Positions 1-64,000 of a DNA stretch of 64,000 nt are shown one piece after another. The stretch comes from the human T2T-CHM13v2.0 reference genome, Homo sapiens. A model generated the notes under the pieces. The model saw only the letters and a program-made list of their open reading frames with translations. It ran no database searches and was not told the origin of the DNA. The stretch lies in assembly GCF_009914755.1 (NCBI RefSeq), contig NC_060941.1. One strand, 5' to 3'. Each line of letters opens with the position of its first letter. The first letter of the stretch is position 1. A program made the translations under genes and the position numbers.

Positions 1-233
1 TTCTTCTTTGTAGCCACTTTCTGATTCTTTCAATCAGAATTAAAGATTTTTGTTTCTGATTCTCCTATTCTGGATGATAATGTATATAAGCACAGATAGT
101 GTTCTTTGTCCTTTGCAAATAATTCTGTAATATTTTTGCAATTCATTTCTCACCCTTTCTAAGGAGAGGTGATTGATGTCCAGAACTTAGACAATTTCTA
201 GCAAGCGAAGGGATTGAGCTCACAGAAGAAGAA

Positions 234-46255
<46,022 letters not shown>

Positions 46256-46382
46256 AATTTCTACATTTTCTAAACAGCTCATCACAAACTACTTTTTCAT
46301 AGTTATCAAAATTATTGTTTCTTGCTTTTGTCTAAGTACATTCTTAGAAGCTGGAAATTTTGACATCTTTTGGATTCTGACC

Positions 46383-46388
46383 AGTAAA
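46383..46388 (+). terminator. Candidate EFCAB3 polyadenylation signal (variant AGTAAA); canonical AATAAA further downstream at 46872-46877
   Basis: Hexamer about 130 nt after the stop codon, followed by T-rich sequence. Confidence 0.4.
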
Positions 46389-46425
46389 AAAGTTTAAGTC
46401 ATAAAATGGTTTCCCTTTCCTAAAT

Positions 46426-52817
<6,392 letters not shown>

Positions 52818-53828
52818 GTACTAATTACCCATGTGCTATGTCTAGCACTGCACTAACCCTTTCCTTTTTTAAAAAAATTCATCTTTCCCTTTATTCTGAC
52901 ATTATGACATTAAATAAAGTCCAAGAGGTATTGGGCTGGTCCTTGTTTGGTCTCTGCCCTTTCCTTCTTTTCCAAGTGGTATTCATCATGCTTCTCTTGG
53001 AAGTCTTCTCAAATAACCTTATGTCTATAACATACTTTCTTCTAGATTCTTTTGAGAGTCTATTTGTGTTAGATCTAGAAATAGAAATGTAAGGCTGAAA
53101 TGTATTACTATGACAAACTGTTTGTATGTGTGTATTACAATCTTAATTGTGCTAATAAGGATAATTATAATAAATATGCATGATTCAAAAAGGTTAGATG
53201 GTTATAATTTAAAAAAAAATTGTCCTTGGATATTCCATTTGATTTGCTAAGCCTCGTGTTCTCTAATTTCATATCTCCATCTCCCCCTACCCCAACCAAA
53301 ATATATATACACACTGTGTATACATATACACCCACACTATTAAGAGCTGAATATAGAAGCTGGAAATTGCCCTGTTTCTTCCCGCTGCTTGCTACCTTCT
53401 TCAGTTCTGGACATCGGCTCCGCAGTGGAACTAGGTAGCCTCAACTCTTATAATGATTCAAGATTTTTCCTGTTTTATAACTTGAGGGAAGCTGGGGAAC
53501 CTGTTAAGAGGATCCCAGCATTGAACTGGGTCTCAAGTGGAATGTCTCCCACTTTCTGCCTAACCTGCACGTCCATCAGCACCTCATCAATGAGAAACGA
53601 CTCCTCCGGGGAGAATTTCCCCCTGCCTGGTCCCCTCTCCTAGAGAGCCCTTCGCCAACCCTGGGACAGCCCCAAACGACAGCTCCCGAGCGCCACCCGG
53701 ACCAGACTCCAGTGCCGCCCTGTCCCGCCACCCTTTTTCCCGCCCAGACTCCGCGTCTTCTGAAAGAGGGCGTGGTCCGCAGGAAGTTCTCACGTTACGG
53801 AAAGTAAAGTGTTTCCGGCTCCGGTGTC

Positions 53829-57772
<3,944 letters not shown>

Positions 57773-58234
57773 GTAAGTATGTTGTAAAAGTTTATGATAG
57801 CAAAGAAGATAAAAGTGAAGGTTGGCTGGGCGCATTGCTTCACGACAGTAATCCCAGCACTTTGGGAGGCCAAAGCAGGATTGCTTGAGGCCAGGAGTGT
57901 GAGACCAGCCAGGGCAATGTAGCAAGAAAAAAAAGTAAAGGTTTTTTCAAAACTTGCTGCATCAAACTATCAGTAATGGTTATTGGAAAATATGGATTAT
58001 GTCAGATTCAGATTTCTACATTGTTCATTTATGGATTGTTTTAATTTGATTATCTTTGTCATTTGGAAAATTAGACTTAAAACTTGCTAGTGTTAACATT
58101 TAGCGCCTTCTTCTTCTTCTAAGGAACAAATGTGTTCAACTTTTCCATTCTCATGATCTCTGAAGAACAGTCAGTGGCTGAGTTGTCATCACCCCCATGG
58201 TAGAGTTGAGAAAGCTAACATACATGAAGATGTC

Positions 58235-59050
58235 TCCTGTTCTGATGAAAACACACTGGTTTTGTGTACTTAAACAGAACGCTTCTGACACCAAATGTGC
58301 GGGGTTTTTGCCAACACTGACCAATTCAAAAACAGCTGGGTGTCCTACAATTCAATTCTGACACTGTCTACTTGGAGTTGGTGTCAGATCCCACAAGTTA
58401 AGGGTTCGGTCCCAGAAGACTGCCCCCCACTTCAGATGCCAGTTGTGAATCTGGCCCTCCGTGTTTCTGCCCTACAGGCTGTAAATCAGGGTAGCCCTAT
58501 CTCCAGTTCAATAATTTCCTAGAATGGCTCACAGAACTCAGGGAAACACTTTACTTACATTTATGTGTTTGTTATGAAGGATACAGATTAACAGCCAGCT
58601 GAAGAAGTAATTAGAGTGGGGTTCAGAGGATCTCACGCTCAGGAGCTTTGACCCTGAGGAGCTCAGTGCAGTGTCCTCCTAGCACACGGATGTGTTCACC
58701 AACCTGGAAGCTCATCAAGGGGTTTTTTTTAGTTTTGAGACAAGCTCTTGTTCTGTCATCCCGACTAGCGCACAGTGGTGCGCCCATAGCACACTGCAGG
58801 CTCAAACTCCTAGGCTCAAGCAATCCTCTCACCTCAGCCTCCCAAGTAGCTGGGACTACAGACACATGCCACCATACCCAGCTAATTTTTGTTTATTTTT
58901 TGTAGAGACAGGGTCTCACTTTGTTGCCCAGACTGGTCTCAAACTCCTGGGCTCAAGTGATCCTCTTGCCTCGGCCTCCCAAAGTGCTGGAATTACATGC
59001 ATAAGTCACCGTTCCCAGCCTCAAGAGTTTTTATACAGCTAGGACACAGA
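58235..59050. mobile_element. MER21-like LTR interrupted by an Alu
   Basis: CTTCTGACACCAAATGTG...AGCTGGGTGTCCTACAATTCAATTCTGACACT...GTCAGATCCCACA. Confidence 0.7.
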
Positions 59051-59238
59051 CTCATGGGAAAATTAATTTTAAAAGGAGAAGAAGAAAATAGTTTTCATAC
59101 AACATAATCTGCATTTCTATTCAGGACATTGGTGGGTGAAGCTGAAAGTTCCAATCGGTTTGCCCTTACTAGTGTTGGCCCCACCCCAGGTCATCTCATT
59201 AAATTCAGTGTGGTCCTGAGGGAGTTCATTATGAATAA

Positions 59239-59842
<604 letters not shown>

Positions 59843-60635
59843 TGATCCACCCACCTCAGCCTCCCAAAGTGCTGGGATTACAGGCGTGAGCCATGGCTCC
59901 CGGCCCTATAGCTGTTTTTAAACCCCTTGTGGAAATGACATTCCAGTTCTGTATGCATTACTGGAATCCACTGTTTCTCAAAGGTTTCATATAATATATA
60001 CTTTGCCAATTTAGCCCACAGTATTCATTAACAGGATTAAGTAAAACATTAGCCTCATTACTAATATACACTTAAATATTTCTACAATTTGTTCTCAGAA
60101 ATTTCTAAGAAAATGGCAAGTCCTAGTAGCTAACACTGAAGAAAAGAGATTGTTCTGCTCTTGAAGTTACAGTCTGAGGAACCCACCTCAAATGGGAGAT
60201 TGACTTAGCTTCAAGTTATGGCCATTAATTATCAATATCATCAATGCATGTAAAATAATGTAGATGGCATCTTTGCCACAGCCTCTTTATGCCATTTAAA
60301 TAAGATCGCTGTGTTCAATATCTTGCTAGAACCCACTTGTTCATGTAATTCACTGGCTTAGAATTGACATGTTTTCTACTGCCTGTGAATCAGGTTTAAA
60401 TTGTTGGGCATAGTTTTCAAAGTCCTCTACAAGAGTGTGCCCTATAAAGTATGTCCTCTTATCCCTCAGTGCACTGGTCACACCTTGCATGTCTTCCCCT
60501 GACTCCGTACCTTTCCAAAATGTCCTTTGTTTCTACTACACTATTTCCTTCCTTCCTCACATTCTAGATCAGAAGCATCTAGAAAACTTCCCTAGTTGTT
60601 ATCGTCCAGCTGCCTCACTCTGCAGTCTTTTTTGA

Positions 60636-60800
<165 letters not shown>

Positions 60801-60815
60801 TGATTGATTGGTTGA

Positions 60816-61269
<454 letters not shown>

Positions 61270-61675
61270 TGAGTTACCCTATTGCCTGGATCCTTTTTTT
61301 TTTTCTTTTGAGACAGGATTTCTGTCACCCAAGCTGGAATGCAGTGGTGCCATCACAGCTCACTGTAGCTTCAACCTTCCAGGGTTCAGGTGACCCTCCC
61401 ACCTCAGCCTCCCAAGTAGCTGGGACAACAGGCGTGTGCCACCACCCCTGCTAATTTTTGTCTTTTTTGTAGAAACGGGGTTTTGCCATGTTGCCCAGGC
61501 CAGGGTTCTTAATATTTTTTTAATGTATCTGATAAAGCCTTAGGATCATTTCTCAGGCTAATGTATTTTTCATTTGTTTTCTTTTTATATATAGCAGCTT
61601 TATTGAGATATAAAGTGTATAATACAGTGGTTTTTTTGTTTGGTTGGTTTTCGTTTTGTTTTGTTTTGGTTTTGA

Positions 61676-61783
<108 letters not shown>

Positions 61784-62249
61784 TAGCTGGGATTACAGGC
61801 GCCCGCCACCACACCCAGCTAATTTTTGTATTTTTAGAAGAAATGGGGATTCACTGTGTTGGCCAGGCTGGTCTCAAATTCCTGACCTCGTGATCTGCCT
61901 GCCTCGGCCTGCCAAAGTGCTGGGATTACAGGCGTGAGCCACCGCACCTGGCCGTAATACAGTGGTTTTAAGTTAATTCACAGAGTTGTGCAGCCATCAC
62001 TGCAGTCAACTTCAGGACATTTTCATCATCCCAAAAAGAAGCCCTATACCCATTAGCAGTCACTCCCCATTTCCCAATTTCCCCCAATCTCTAGCCCTAA
62101 GCAACCACTACTCTACAAATGCACAAATCTATATAGCTTTATCTTGGGCTAATTTTAAGTATATGAAGTAAAATAGAGAAAACCAATTATTTTGAAATAC
62201 AGTTCTATCCTCAGAGCCCAATTAAGGACTCTGATTTTAAAAATAATAC

Positions 62250-63255
<1,006 letters not shown>

Positions 63256-64000
63256 TCAGGAAGCTAAGGCAGGAGAATGGCTTGGACCCAGGAGTGGAGG
63301 TTGCAGTGAGCTGAGACCACACTATTGCACTCCAGCGTGGGTGACAAAAGCAAAACTCCATCTCAAAAAAAAAAGAAAAGCACAAAGAGGCCAGGCACGG
63401 TGGCTCATGCCTGTAATCTGAACACTTTGGGAAGCCAAAGTGGGCAGATTACTTAAGGTCAGGAGTTCAAGACCAACCTAGTCAACATGGTGAAACCCCG
63501 TCTCTCCTAAAAATACAAAAATTAACAGGGCATGGTGGTGGGCACCTGTAGTTCCAGCTACTCAGGAGGCTGAGGCCAGAGAATCACTTGAACCTGGGAG
63601 GCAGAGGCTTCAGTGAGCTGAGATTGCGCCACTGTACTCCAGCCTGGGTGACACAGCTGAGACCTCGTGTCTCAAAAAAAAAAAAAAGAAAAACATAAGA
63701 AAACAACGCTTGCCAGGCGCGGTGGCTCACCCCTGAAATTCCAGCACCTTGGGAGGCCAAGGCAGGTGGATCACCTGAGGTCAGGAGTTTGAGACTAGCC
63801 TGGCCAACATGGTGAAACCCCGTCTCTACTAAAAATACAAAAATTAGCTGGGCACGGTGGTGCGCACCTGTAATCCGAGCTACTTGGGGGGCTGAGGTGG
63901 GAGGATCACTTGAACCCAGGAGGCAAAGACTGCAATGAGTCTTTGAGAAAGCAGAAGCTGAGTCTGATAGAACTTAGCCCGTGACCTTAATGGGTACTCG

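Overview
Primate, very probably human, genomic DNA. It is Alu-dense (about 65 Alu or Alu-fragment copies by eye) and contains no prokaryotic-type system. I recognise it as the 17q23.2 EFCAB3-METTL2A locus. The + strand carries the complete coding sequence of EFCAB3: 12 coding exons from 234 to 46255, splicing to 490 aa, or 438 aa from the internal ATG at 12925. A CpG-island promoter and coding exons 1-4 of the tRNA m3C32 methyltransferase METTL2A follow (53829-57772; the gene continues beyond the window). Introns hold processed pseudogenes of RPLP2 and RPS23, a U7 snRNA retrocopy, a 7SL fragment, a 2.9-kb 5'-truncated L1PA, solo LTRs and DNA transposons. Three observations stand out. (1) The apparent first EFCAB3 exon looks like a former internal, phase-1 EF-hand-repeat exon disabled by a 1-bp deletion, which suggests EFCAB3 is the 3' remnant of a much larger ancestral EFCAB13-EFCAB3 gene. 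(2) There is a series of short locally templated duplications and fold-back insertions, including an exact 40-bp copy of an EFCAB3 splice donor joining a 7SL fragment to an Alu. (3) The METTL2A allele has Pro155. All gene and repeat names come from recalled sequences, not database searches.
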